Part shown: piece after piece, positions 37,797 to 47,339 of the stretch | How positions within the stretch are numbered: position 1 is the stretch's first letter | Layout: every line of letters begins with the position of its first letter | Assembly: GCA_033791445.1 (NCBI GenBank) | Contig: JASJGS010000044.1 | Span: forward strand, 833 to 64,832 | Direction of reading: 5' to 3' | Source of the DNA: Bacteroidales bacterium | GTDB taxonomy: Bacteria; Bacteroidota; Bacteroidia; Bacteroidales; VadinHA17 | Length of the DNA stretch: 64,000 bases | Position numbers and translations under genes: made by a program | The notes under the pieces: model-generated | What the model was told of the DNA's origin: nothing | The model's input: the letters and a program-made list of their open reading frames with translations, nothing else | The model's database searches: none

Positions 37797-40531
37797 ATCT
37801 TCACATTTTGTATAAAAAAAAACTAGTTAGAATATTATTGATAATCATTGTCTTCCTGATTATTACGCCTGATTCAAATGCACAACCACATAGAATTACT
37901 AATAAGCCATGGACCTATTGGTGGTGGATGGGTAGTGCTGTAAATAAATCAGATATAAATTGGCAGCTTAAGGAATTTGCTAAGGCCGGACTTGGGGGCG
38001 TTCATATAATTCCAATTTATGGAGTGAAAGGATACGAAAATCAATTTATAGATTTCTTAACAGAAGATTGGCTTGAAATAGTTAATTATACCATTGAACA
38101 GGCTAAGCTATTGCATTTAGGTGTGGATATTACCCTTGGAACAGGATGGCCCTATGGAGGGAAATGGATTGATTCTAATACAGCGGCAAAAAAACTACTT
38201 ATAAAAGAATACAATTTAAACTCTACCAGTCACATTGTTGTTGATTTAGATAGTGTTATTCTCAATAATAACTACCTCAATCTGGTTGGACTACTGGTAA
38301 CAAACAGAAGGGGTGAATCCTTAAATTTAAGTTCAAATATTTCTGAAAATAAGGTGGACAAGGATGTGAGCGAATCCGTTTGGGAACTAAGCTTTTTTGG
38401 AATTGCCAATACAAATCAGAAGGTGAAGAGAGCAGCTCCGGGTGGAGAAGGATTGGTTATAGATTATTTTGAAAGAGAGGCAGTCATGACCTACCTAAAT
38501 CATTTTGACTCAATATTTGATAAATCTTCATATTCCCTGTCACCAAGAGCCTATTATCATGATTCTTATGAGGTGTTTGGTGCAGATTGGACATTGAATT
38601 TTACAAATCGTTTCAAAGAGCTGAGAGGTTATGAACTGGTGGAGTTACTGCCTGTTTTAATTGATGAGCTAAGTCCACAAAGGCCTCTTCTTATTCATGA
38701 TATTCGGGAAACCATTTCTGATCTGGTTTTTACGGAATTTGCTGAAACCTGGACTAATTGGTGCAAAAATCATAATATTAATTCTCGATACCAGGCCCAT
38801 GGCTCCCCTTCCAATTTACTTGATTTGTATGCCCTTTCAGATATTCCTGAGACGGAATCTTTTGGATGCAGCGGTTTTACTATACCCAATTTGAAATGTG
38901 ATCCGGATTTCGAGGAAGACCGATTTGGTCGTCCCAGTCCTTTAATGATGAAATTCGCTTCTTCTCCAGCGCATCTGTTTCATAAACAATTGGTTAGTTC
39001 TGAGACGGCAACCTGGTTGGGAAATCATTTTAAGGTGTCATTGAGCCAGGTGAAACCTCAGGTTGATGAATTATTCGTTTCAGGAATCAATCACATTTTT
39101 TATCATGGTATTGCATATTCTCCTAATGAAGAAGTGTATCCGGGGTGGTTGTTTTATGCTTCCACGAATTTCGGACTAACATCTCATTTCTGGGATGAAC
39201 TACCACTGCTCAACTCATACATAGAGGAATGTCAGCACCTTTTACAAAATTCTAGTCCTGATAACGATATCCTATTGTACTTCCCTATAGATGATTTATG
39301 GACAAAATATCCAGGCGAACCTCTTCTGACACTTGATGTGCATAAGCATTCGAAATGGTTTAGTAAAACGGCTTTTGGTATTACTGCTAAATTGTTATGG
39401 GATAATGGATATTGTTTTGATTATATTTCCGACAAGCAAATAAATCAATTGACAATTGGGGCTGATAGCCGATTGTCTTTGAAATCCGAATCATCCTATT
39501 CATTGATAGTAATTCCTTCCATTGACTATATCAACAAAAAAACCTATTCAAAGCTGGATTCCCTGGCAGAAAATGGGGTGAAAATTATTTTTGTTGATAG
39601 GCTTCCAGAACGTTTTGCAGGTATCATGGGAGAATCATTCCCAGTAGAGGAAATTTCAGAATTGAAAAGTGGTTTAATGTCTAATAACAACACAGTAATA
39701 TCTGATAATTTATTAATTGATTTAGGTGTTCAGGACATTAATCAGGAGAATATTAAACTTATGGGGCTCGACTTTATTCGAAAAAAGAACGAAAATGGTT
39801 TTCTTTATTTCATTACTAATTTAGGCAATCAGTACTATGAGGATAGCATAAGTTTGTCTCGAAACTCCAATTTTATCGAGATTTATGATCCTCAAAATCA
39901 AAACCAGGGCTTTTTAAAATCATCCAATAAATTTATATTACAATTACCTCCTGGGAAGTCATGTTTCATAAAAACCTATGAGGAAAAACCTTCATCAGAC
40001 CCATGGACTTTTTTCAGACCCTGCGATACCCTAAATCTTAATAATGAATGGACTGTAGATTTTCATCTGGATTCCAAAAAGAATGTAAATTCCAGATACA
40101 AAATTGACACCCTGGAATCATGGATTGAGTGGGTGGATGAGGAGTTAAAATCATTTTGTGGAAAAGCTACGTATTCTTCATTTTTTAAACTTAAAAACTA
40201 CGAGAAATCGAGTAGTTACAAGCTTGTTATTGATGATATAAATGAGACCGCAGAAATCACCATAAATGGTATTAATTGTGGCACAATCTGGGCCTTGCCA
40301 TATGAGCTTGAAATTCCGAGGGCTGTTTTGAAAAAACGCAATACAATTCAGATTAAAGTTCAGAACCTTTCAGCCAATAAGATAGGAGAAATTGATAGAC
40401 AGGGGCGTAACTGGAAAAAGTTTTACGATATTAATTTTGTTGATATCCAGTACAAGCCTTTTGATGCATCCAATTGGGACTATGTTCCTTCGGGTATTTC
40501 AGGCAATATAAGACTGATTAAGAATAAGTAA
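37757..40531 (+). CDS. Large secreted glycoside hydrolase, GH106-like (candidate alpha-L-rhamnosidase-type)
   Basis: 924 aa. N-terminal KPWTYWWWMGSAVNKSDINWQLKEFAKAGLGGVHIIPIYG. C-terminal jelly-roll block AEITINGINCGTIWALPYELEIP...NTIQIKVQNLSANKI. The ATG at 37757 overlaps the upstream ORF by 40 nt. An in-frame TTG at 37808 (MYKKKLVRILLIIIVFLI..) would give a cleaner signal peptide. Confidence 0.45.
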   Translation: MEIDYAYRGIGILNLHILYKKKLVRILLIIIVFLIITPDSNAQPHRITNKPWTYWWWMGSAVNKSDINWQLKEFAKAGLGGVHIIPIYGVKGYENQFIDFLTEDWLEIVNYTIEQAKLLHLGVDITLGTGWPYGGKWIDSNTAAKKLLIKEYNLNSTSHIVVDLDSVILNNNYLNLVGLLVTNRRGESLNLSSNISENKVDKDVSESVWELSFFGIANTNQKVKRAAPGGEGLVIDYFEREAVMTYLNHFDSIFDKSSYSLSPRAYYHDSYEVFGADWTLNFTNRFKELRGYELVELLPVLIDELSPQRPLLIHDIRETISDLVFTEFAETWTNWCKNHNINSRYQAHGSPSNLLDLYALSDIPETESFGCSGFTIPNLKCDPDFEEDRFGRPSPLMMKFASSPAHLFHKQLVSSETATWLGNHFKVSLSQVKPQVDELFVSGINHIFYHGIAYSPNEEVYPGWLFYASTNFGLTSHFWDELPLLNSYIEECQHLLQNSSPDNDILLYFPIDDLWTKYPGEPLLTLDVHKHSKWFSKTAFGITAKLLWDNGYCFDYISDKQINQLTIGADSRLSLKSESSYSLIVIPSIDYINKKTYSKLDSLAENGVKIIFVDRLPERFAGIMGESFPVEEISELKSGLMSNNNTVISDNLLIDLGVQDINQENIKLMGLDFIRKKNENGFLYFITNLGNQYYEDSISLSRNSNFIEIYDPQNQNQGFLKSSNKFILQLPPGKSCFIKTYEEKPSSDPWTFFRPCDTLNLNNEWTVDFHLDSKKNVNSRYKIDTLESWIEWVDEELKSFCGKATYSSFFKLKNYEKSSSYKLVIDDINETAEITINGINCGTIWALPYELEIPRAVLKKRNTIQIKVQNLSANKIGEIDRQGRNWKKFYDINFVDIQYKPFDASNWDYVPSGISGNIRLIKNK

Positions 40532-40601
40532 GATTATCATTTTAAATTGACCAGATTTTATTTAATTTAGTCAGCTGAAAAAGTTGCTAAAACGTTTTAA
40601 T

Positions 40602-42416
40602 ATGACAAAAATAGAAGATTTTAAAATGAATGAGCCGGTAAACAGGCTTAGAGGGAGTTTGCCCAAAATTGGTATTCGACCGGTTATTGATGGTCGTGAA
40701 AAAGGCGTGCGTGAATCGCTAGAAGAACAAACTATGAAAATGGCAATTTCTGCTGCCGATTTGATATCTCAAAACCTGAAACATCCAAACGGACTCCCTG
40801 TTGAGTGTGTTATTGCAGATTCTACAATAGGTGGTGTAGCAGAAGCTGCTGATTGTACTGAAAAGTTTTCACGAGAAGGGGTTGGTGTTTCACTTACTGT
40901 TACTCCCTGTTGGTGTTACGGAACTGAAGTTATGGATACGGACCCATTGTTACCTAAAGCAGTATGGGGTTTTAATGGTACGGAACGACCAGGTGCTGTT
41001 TACCTGGCAGCTGCTCTGGCTGGTTATAGTCAAAAAGGTCTGCCGGCCTTTGGCATTTATGGAAGAGATGTTCAGGATTCAGGAGATACCAGCATACCAA
41101 TAGATGTCAGGGAAAAGATTCTGAATTTTTGTAAAGCAGGCCTGGCCGTGGCTGAAATGAAAGGCAAATCCTATTTAGCAGTGGGTGGTGTTTCTATGGG
41201 AATTGCAGGTTCCATTGTTGATCATGAGTTTTTATTGGACTACCTGGGTATCAGGACTGAGTCAGTCGATATGACAGAGCTGGTGAGGAGAATTGAGGAA
41301 TCAATATATGATCTTGATGAGTTTGAAAAGGCCATGTCATGGGTAAAGAAATATGGACGTGAGGGAAAAGATTTAAATTCTCATGAAAATCAGCTATCTG
41401 CCGCAAAGAAGGAAGCAGATTGGGAGGTAGTTGTTAAAATGACCTTGATCGTTAGGGATTTAATGATCGGAAATCCAAAATTGAAGGAGATTGGTTTTGG
41501 AGAGGAAGCACTTGGCCACAATTCCATTGTGTCTGGTTTTCAGGGACAAAGGCAGTGGACAGATCATTTTCCAAATGGAGATTTTATGGAGGCTATGCTC
41601 AATTCCTCCTTTGACTGGAATGGGATTCGGGAAGCGTTTATGGTTGCTACAGAGAATGATAGCCTGAATGGTATTTCAATGTTATTTGGTCATTTACTCA
41701 CCGACAGGGCACAAATATTTTCTGATGTAAGAACATACTGGAGCCCTGATGCGGTTAAAAGAGTTACCGGAAAAGAACTGGAAGGGAAAGCTGCAAATGG
41801 GATAATACACTTAATAAATTCTGGGTCTACTACCTTGGATGCAACCGGACAGATGAAAGTAACTGGAGAATCAGTTATGAAACCATTCTGGGAGGTTAGC
41901 GCTGAAGATGTAGAGGAGTGCATGAATGCAACTCAATGGGCCCCGGCTGACCTGGGCTATTTCAGAGGAGGTGGATTTTCAAGCCAGTTTCTGACTCTTG
42001 GCGAAATGCCTGTAACTATGTCGAGATTGAATATTGTTAAGGGGCTCGGGCCTGTGCTTCAAATTGCAGAAGGCTATACGGTAAATCTTGATCCGGAAGT
42101 AAATGGAATACTAGATAGTCGGACCAATCCGACCTGGCCAACCACTTGGTTTGTTCCAAACTTGTTGGAAACAGGGCCATTTAAGGATGTTTATTCAGTT
42201 ATGGCTAACTGGGGTGCGAATCATGGCGCCATTTCTTATGGACATATTGGTCATCAATTGATTACACTAGCCTCTATGTTAAGAATACCGGTAAACATGC
42301 ACAATGTGGATGAAAGCCGTTTGTTCAGGCCTTCTTCCTGGTCAGCTTTTGGAACCCAAAATACTGAAGGTGCAGATTTTCGAGCCTGCAACAGCTATGG
42401 GCCACTTTATAGATAA
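40602..42416 (+). CDS. fucI: L-fucose isomerase
   Basis: Near-colinear with E. coli FucI as I recall it ([74 protein letters not shown]). The track start at 40584 is TTG. ATG codons at 40602 or 40626 are more plausible, and the exact start is uncertain. Confidence 0.95.
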   Translation: MTKIEDFKMNEPVNRLRGSLPKIGIRPVIDGREKGVRESLEEQTMKMAISAADLISQNLKHPNGLPVECVIADSTIGGVAEAADCTEKFSREGVGVSLTVTPCWCYGTEVMDTDPLLPKAVWGFNGTERPGAVYLAAALAGYSQKGLPAFGIYGRDVQDSGDTSIPIDVREKILNFCKAGLAVAEMKGKSYLAVGGVSMGIAGSIVDHEFLLDYLGIRTESVDMTELVRRIEESIYDLDEFEKAMSWVKKYGREGKDLNSHENQLSAAKKEADWEVVVKMTLIVRDLMIGNPKLKEIGFGEEALGHNSIVSGFQGQRQWTDHFPNGDFMEAMLNSSFDWNGIREAFMVATENDSLNGISMLFGHLLTDRAQIFSDVRTYWSPDAVKRVTGKELEGKAANGIIHLINSGSTTLDATGQMKVTGESVMKPFWEVSAEDVEECMNATQWAPADLGYFRGGGFSSQFLTLGEMPVTMSRLNIVKGLGPVLQIAEGYTVNLDPEVNGILDSRTNPTWPTTWFVPNLLETGPFKDVYSVMANWGANHGAISYGHIGHQLITLASMLRIPVNMHNVDESRLFRPSSWSAFGTQNTEGADFRACNSYGPLYR

Positions 42417-42451
42417 GGGTGTTTATTTAGTTTAATTAATTCATCTCGTAC

Positions 42452-43900
42452 GTGAATGAGAAGATCATACTTGTTCTGGATTGTGGTGCCACAAATGTGC
42501 GAACCATAGCTGTAAATGAGTTTGGCAAAATCCTGGAAAGTCATTCCCTGTCTAACAATACGCGTCCTGACCCAGATGCAAAGAATCTGGTTATTTGGGA
42601 TGTGTTTGAAATTTGGGATAAATTTAAAGAAACTACTACTGCCGTTTTAAGCAAAATTAATCCCGATGATGTAGCTGGGGTTACCGTTACCGCTTTTGGC
42701 GTAGATGGAGCACCATTTGATAAAGATGGGAATATGCTTCACCCGGTCATTTCATGGCAATGTTCACGGACAGAACCTATAATGAATTCCATTGACAAGT
42801 ATATTTCAATGGATGAATTATACCAGATTAGTGGTGTCCAACCTTTTCATTTCAATACTATTAATAAACTCATATGGTTTAGGGAAAATAAGCCAGATAT
42901 ACTTGAGAAAACGGAGGCGTATCTGTTTATTCCTTCTATTTTCACCTATTTCTTAACAGGTGAATTAAACATTGACAGTTCTATGGCAGGAACATCCATG
43001 CTTACTGAACTAGAAACCCGCTCCTTTTCCGACCTGATTTTGGATCGAATTGGCGTATCAAAGGAAATTTTTCCGGACTGCCTTGAGCCGGGAGAATTGG
43101 TTGGCAGGATAAACCAGGAGGCTCAAAAACAGACTGGGATTCCATTGGGTACACCCGTTATAGCATCCGGCCATGATACCCAATTTGCTGTATATGGGTC
43201 AGGAGCAGGTGAAAATATCCCTGTACTTAGTTCTGGGACATGGGAAATACTTATGGTTCGGGCAAGGCAGGCAGATTCAAATATTAAGCAATTGCAAAAG
43301 GGTGTAACCAATGAGTTTGATGCTATACCTGGAATATATAATATTGGTTTGCAGTGGATCGCATCAGGGATGCTGGAGTGGGTAAAAAGAATGTTCTACT
43401 CAGAGTGTGAGATGAAAGGAAATATATATGAGTATATGATCTCAGAAGCTTCGAAGATTCTTCCGGGTTCTGATGTCATTTCTATAAAACCAGATTTTTT
43501 CAAAAAACCAGGTTCTGTTGGAGGAGTTATTTCTGGATTAACCATGGATACAACACGTGGTCAAATCTATAGGGCTGCTCTTGAGTCGCTTTCATATAGA
43601 CTTAAAAAAGAGTTAAAAGAACTGGAAAAGTCTGGTGATTTTAAGGCCGAATCTTTGATCGTGGTGGGTGGCGGTTCAAGGAATTCGCTCTGGAACCAGA
43701 TTCGGGCCGATGTTTTGAATTTGCCCATAAAAGTAATTGAACAAAAGGAAACTACGGTTCTGGGTGCTGCCTTATTCGCTTTGAGCGGTGTAGGTGTTTA
43801 CAAATCGCCGGAGGAGGCCAGGAGTGTTATAGAGTATAAGGGAGAAGTGTTTGAACCAGGAACAAATTCTTCTGTCTATCAGGATTTAATATCCAGGTAG
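42452..43900 (+). CDS. fucK: L-fuculokinase (FGGY family)
   Basis: 482 aa with a GTG start. IILVLDCGATNVRTIAVN, VLSSGTWEILMVR and VGGGSRNSLWNQIRADVLNLPIKV parallel E. coli FucK. Adjacent to fucI. Confidence 0.9.
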   Translation: MNEKIILVLDCGATNVRTIAVNEFGKILESHSLSNNTRPDPDAKNLVIWDVFEIWDKFKETTTAVLSKINPDDVAGVTVTAFGVDGAPFDKDGNMLHPVISWQCSRTEPIMNSIDKYISMDELYQISGVQPFHFNTINKLIWFRENKPDILEKTEAYLFIPSIFTYFLTGELNIDSSMAGTSMLTELETRSFSDLILDRIGVSKEIFPDCLEPGELVGRINQEAQKQTGIPLGTPVIASGHDTQFAVYGSGAGENIPVLSSGTWEILMVRARQADSNIKQLQKGVTNEFDAIPGIYNIGLQWIASGMLEWVKRMFYSECEMKGNIYEYMISEASKILPGSDVISIKPDFFKKPGSVGGVISGLTMDTTRGQIYRAALESLSYRLKKELKELEKSGDFKAESLIVVGGGSRNSLWNQIRADVLNLPIKVIEQKETTVLGAALFALSGVGVYKSPEEARSVIEYKGEVFEPGTNSSVYQDLISR

Positions 43901-43983
43901 ATTTCCTACATTGGATGGAATATAATGTCCTTGTTTGGAATAGGAATGTTGGTAGCTTTTAATCAAACTGAATTCAATTAGCC

Positions 43984-44997
43984 ATGTCAAAAAGAGTTCT
44001 TTTAACCGGTGCATCTGGAACAGTTGGTTATGCAGCATTAAAAATGCTGGTCGAGGAGAGTAAGCATGAAATCACTGTATTTGATCTTGAAACGAAAAAA
44101 TCCAGGAAGCTTCTCAGGAAATATAAATCCAGAGTAAAGTTGGTATTTGGAGACATTAGCAATAAGGATGATGTACGAAAGGTCAGTAAGGATAAGGATG
44201 TTGTAATTCATCTTGCTGCACTTATCCCGCCATTGGCTGATGACATGCCAGGACTGGCCTATAAAGTAAATGTTACAGGTACTAAGAATTTGGTTGAGTC
44301 ACTCGAAATAAACTCCCCATATGCTTTTTTTGCTTATAGTTCCTCTGTGGCTACATATGGAGATAGGCTGAGTAATCCCGACATCTATACAACTGACCCT
44401 TTGATCCCCAGTGTTGGAGATGAATATGCTAAGACAAAAATTGAAGCAGAACAAATTATCCGGCAATCGAAGTTGAAGTGGACAATATTTAGATTGTCAG
44501 CCATTATGGGAAGCAACAATCATGAGACCGGGAAGCTCATGTTTCATATGCCTCTGAGTACTTCCATGGAAATTGCAACACCCCAGGATACAGCCAGGGC
44601 ATTCGTTTATGCAGTTGATCATGCAGCTGAGCTCAATCACACTATTTTTAATCTGGGAGGAGGAGATAAATGCCGAATAAAATACCTGGATTTTATTTCA
44701 AAGTCGTTTGATATAGCAGGTTTAGGAGAACTTGACTTCCCGGAAAATACCTTTGCGGAGAGGAACTTTCACTGTGGCCATTATGCCGATGGTGATAAAC
44801 TGGAGGAGATCCTGCACTTTAGACAAGATACAATAGATGATTACTTTATTAAGCTAGAGGAGGATACGCCATTTTTCAAGAAGTTAGTGACCCGGCTATT
44901 TAGCAAGCAAATTAAGAAAATGCTCCTTTCAAAATCTGAACCCTTAAATGCCAGGACCAATAACAATACCCAGTTAATTGAACGTTTCTTTAATTAA
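43984..44997 (+). CDS. NAD-dependent epimerase/dehydratase-family (extended SDR) protein
   Basis: 337 aa. N-terminal VLLTGASGTVGYA (GxxGxxG) and YAKTK (YxxxK). Confidence 0.75.
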   Translation: MSKRVLLTGASGTVGYAALKMLVEESKHEITVFDLETKKSRKLLRKYKSRVKLVFGDISNKDDVRKVSKDKDVVIHLAALIPPLADDMPGLAYKVNVTGTKNLVESLEINSPYAFFAYSSSVATYGDRLSNPDIYTTDPLIPSVGDEYAKTKIEAEQIIRQSKLKWTIFRLSAIMGSNNHETGKLMFHMPLSTSMEIATPQDTARAFVYAVDHAAELNHTIFNLGGGDKCRIKYLDFISKSFDIAGLGELDFPENTFAERNFHCGHYADGDKLEEILHFRQDTIDDYFIKLEEDTPFFKKLVTRLFSKQIKKMLLSKSEPLNARTNNNTQLIERFFN

Positions 44998-45018
44998 GCA
45001 GAAGCAAAATATCCCTGC

Positions 45019-45732
45019 TTAAAATATCCCATATAAATCGAGATTTTGGGTATTGCAATATATACTTGAATAAAAACTGAACAGGTATTTATTGGTATCA
45101 ATACGTCTTTCGAGATGAAGAATTGGCGTGTTAGGCTCCACACAAAGATATTCGCGTACTTTTCCTTCCGCCTTAATGGCTTTAAGTTTCTGCTCACCTC
45201 CTGTGATATGAATATTGTAGGATTTTCTTAATGTGTCAAACAGGGATTTGTTTTCAAATGAGCGAGAGGTAAATCGAGGTAAATTCAGATTTGGAATGTA
45301 AGAAATATCGTAAAAAAGTGGTTCTTCCCCAACTAATCGAAGCCGCTCCATATAAATCAACCCACTTTCTTTTTCAAGCTCAGAAAGGGGGAATATAAAA
45401 GGCTCTTCCCATGGCCGAATTATCGGTTTTACCAGGATTCTGGTGGTGAGATCGAGGCCCTCCAATGCACTGGTTGTTCCTGCAATAGATAGAATGCCAA
45501 TGCCCTTTGGCTTTTTATTAACAATGCTCCCTTTTCCTTTTCTCTTCCGAATAAAACCATCCTTAACCAGATCATCAAGTGCATGTCTTACAGTAGGTCG
45601 GGTTAGCTTATGGGTAATACAGAGTTCATTTTCTGATGGAAGGACATCATCCTCCTGAAATACTCCGTCAACAATATGTTTCCTTAATATTTCATACAAT
45701 TGCTTGTATTGAGGTAAATTCGATTTGGCCAT
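45019..45732 (-). CDS. GntR-family transcriptional regulator (HTH + UTRA effector domain)
   Basis: The ATG at 45732 gives MAKSNLPQYKQLYEILRKHIVDGVFQEDDVLPSENELCITHKLTRPTVRHAL, a GntR winged HTH. The track start at 45768 is TTG and less likely. Confidence 0.85.
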   Translation of the reverse strand: MAKSNLPQYKQLYEILRKHIVDGVFQEDDVLPSENELCITHKLTRPTVRHALDDLVKDGFIRKRKGKGSIVNKKPKGIGILSIAGTTSALEGLDLTTRILVKPIIRPWEEPFIFPLSELEKESGLIYMERLRLVGEEPLFYDISYIPNLNLPRFTSRSFENKSLFDTLRKSYNIHITGGEQKLKAIKAEGKVREYLCVEPNTPILHLERRIDTNKYLFSFYSSIYCNTQNLDLYGIF

Positions 45733-45982
45733 CTTAACACAAAATATTCCGTTTATTACTTGGTGCAAAGGTATAAGAAAACATGAAAAAATGACTATTA
45801 TGTATTGATAAAATGAACAACCTGTTATAACAAGTTGTTCATTAATGTGTAAATAATATTAATAAATATCATACATATAGTAAGTTATGTATTTGTAAAA
45901 AATAATTATTAAAATACATATACTGACAAGTTATTTTGTTATTTTTGTAGGTCAATAGACAATAATTATTAGAATTTTACTT

Positions 45983-47317
45983 ATGGCAACACCGGTAATC
46001 ATGCCCAGGCAGGGACAATCTGTTGAAACCTGTATTATTACACAATGGATGAAGGAAAAGGGTGATAAAGTTGAATCAGGAGATTTACTTTTCTCTTATG
46101 AGACGGATAAAGCAGCTTTTGATGAAGAATCTGCCATTACGGGCATCCTCTTAGATGTTTTCTATAATGATGGGGATGAGGTACCTGTACTTACCAATGT
46201 TTGTGTGATAGGAGAGGAAGGTGAAAGTGTGGATGAATTTAAACCTTCTGACATAGTTGATGATACAAAAAATGAATCCCCGCAAAAGATTGAATTATCA
46301 GAAAAGGAATTGGGCGAAAAAGAAGAGCCTCCCACAGGAAAAATAGGAATGCTTGATACGGAAAAACTGAAAATCTCTCCCCGAGCACGAAAAAAAGCAG
46401 CTGAACTGGGATTGATTGTACAGGGTATTAAAGGGTCTGGGCCGGGCGGAAGAGTTATTGAGTCAGACGTTATTTTAGAAGCTGGCAAGCAACCATTTAT
46501 TACACCTCTCGCTCGCAAAAAAATGGAAAAAGACCAGCTGGTTTATAACAGACAGCAATTCAGCAAAGGTGAACGGGTTACTTCCAGGGATTTGTTAGGT
46601 GGAAAAACCGAACCAGGCAATGAGTTTGAAATTGTTCCATTATCAAGGATGAGGAAGCTAATTGCAGAGAATATGTTCCAATCTTTAAGAAACTCGGCTC
46701 AACTAACTCACCACCTCAGTGCGGATGCCCGAAGGATTTTAAACCTGAGGACTTTTGTTAAGCCAAAGGCTGAAGAAGGTGTTTTACCGAATATTACCTT
46801 GAATGATATGGTCTGTTATGCTGTCGTTCGGGCACTGAAGAAACATCCCAACCTAAACGCCCACTTCAAGGAGGATCATACTGTACAGTACAGGCCAGTT
46901 CATCTTGGATTTGCAGTCGATACGGAACGTGGATTAATGGTTCCGACATTAACAAATGCGGATACATTTACCCTGCCCGATTTTGCAAAAGAAATGAAAA
47001 GCCTGGCAGAGAAATGTCAGTCAGGAAATATTGATCCGGACCTTCTAATGCCTGATGCAGCCACTTTTACCGTTTCAAACCTGGGAGCTTTTGGTATTGA
47101 GATGTTTACTCCTGTACTAAACTTGCCTCAGGTAGGAATTTTAGGTGTGAATACCATTCAATTGAAGCCTGCTGATATTGGTGGAGGTGTAATAGGATTT
47201 GTTCCCTTTATTGGACTTTCACTTACTTACGATCACCGTGCAGTAGATGGGGCCCCGGCCTCTCTATTCCTGAGAACAATAAAAGAAGAAATAGAAAGCT
47301 TTGAAGAAACTGTTTGA
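45983..47317 (+). CDS. 2-oxoacid dehydrogenase E2 component (dihydrolipoamide acyltransferase)
   Basis: 444 aa. Lipoyl domain with ETDKA, peripheral-subunit-binding segment (ISPRARKKAAELG) and catalytic DHRAVDG. Confidence 0.9.
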   Translation: MATPVIMPRQGQSVETCIITQWMKEKGDKVESGDLLFSYETDKAAFDEESAITGILLDVFYNDGDEVPVLTNVCVIGEEGESVDEFKPSDIVDDTKNESPQKIELSEKELGEKEEPPTGKIGMLDTEKLKISPRARKKAAELGLIVQGIKGSGPGGRVIESDVILEAGKQPFITPLARKKMEKDQLVYNRQQFSKGERVTSRDLLGGKTEPGNEFEIVPLSRMRKLIAENMFQSLRNSAQLTHHLSADARRILNLRTFVKPKAEEGVLPNITLNDMVCYAVVRALKKHPNLNAHFKEDHTVQYRPVHLGFAVDTERGLMVPTLTNADTFTLPDFAKEMKSLAEKCQSGNIDPDLLMPDAATFTVSNLGAFGIEMFTPVLNLPQVGILGVNTIQLKPADIGGGVIGFVPFIGLSLTYDHRAVDGAPASLFLRTIKEEIESFEETV

Positions 47318-47339
47318 TCTGATTTATTAAAAATATATT

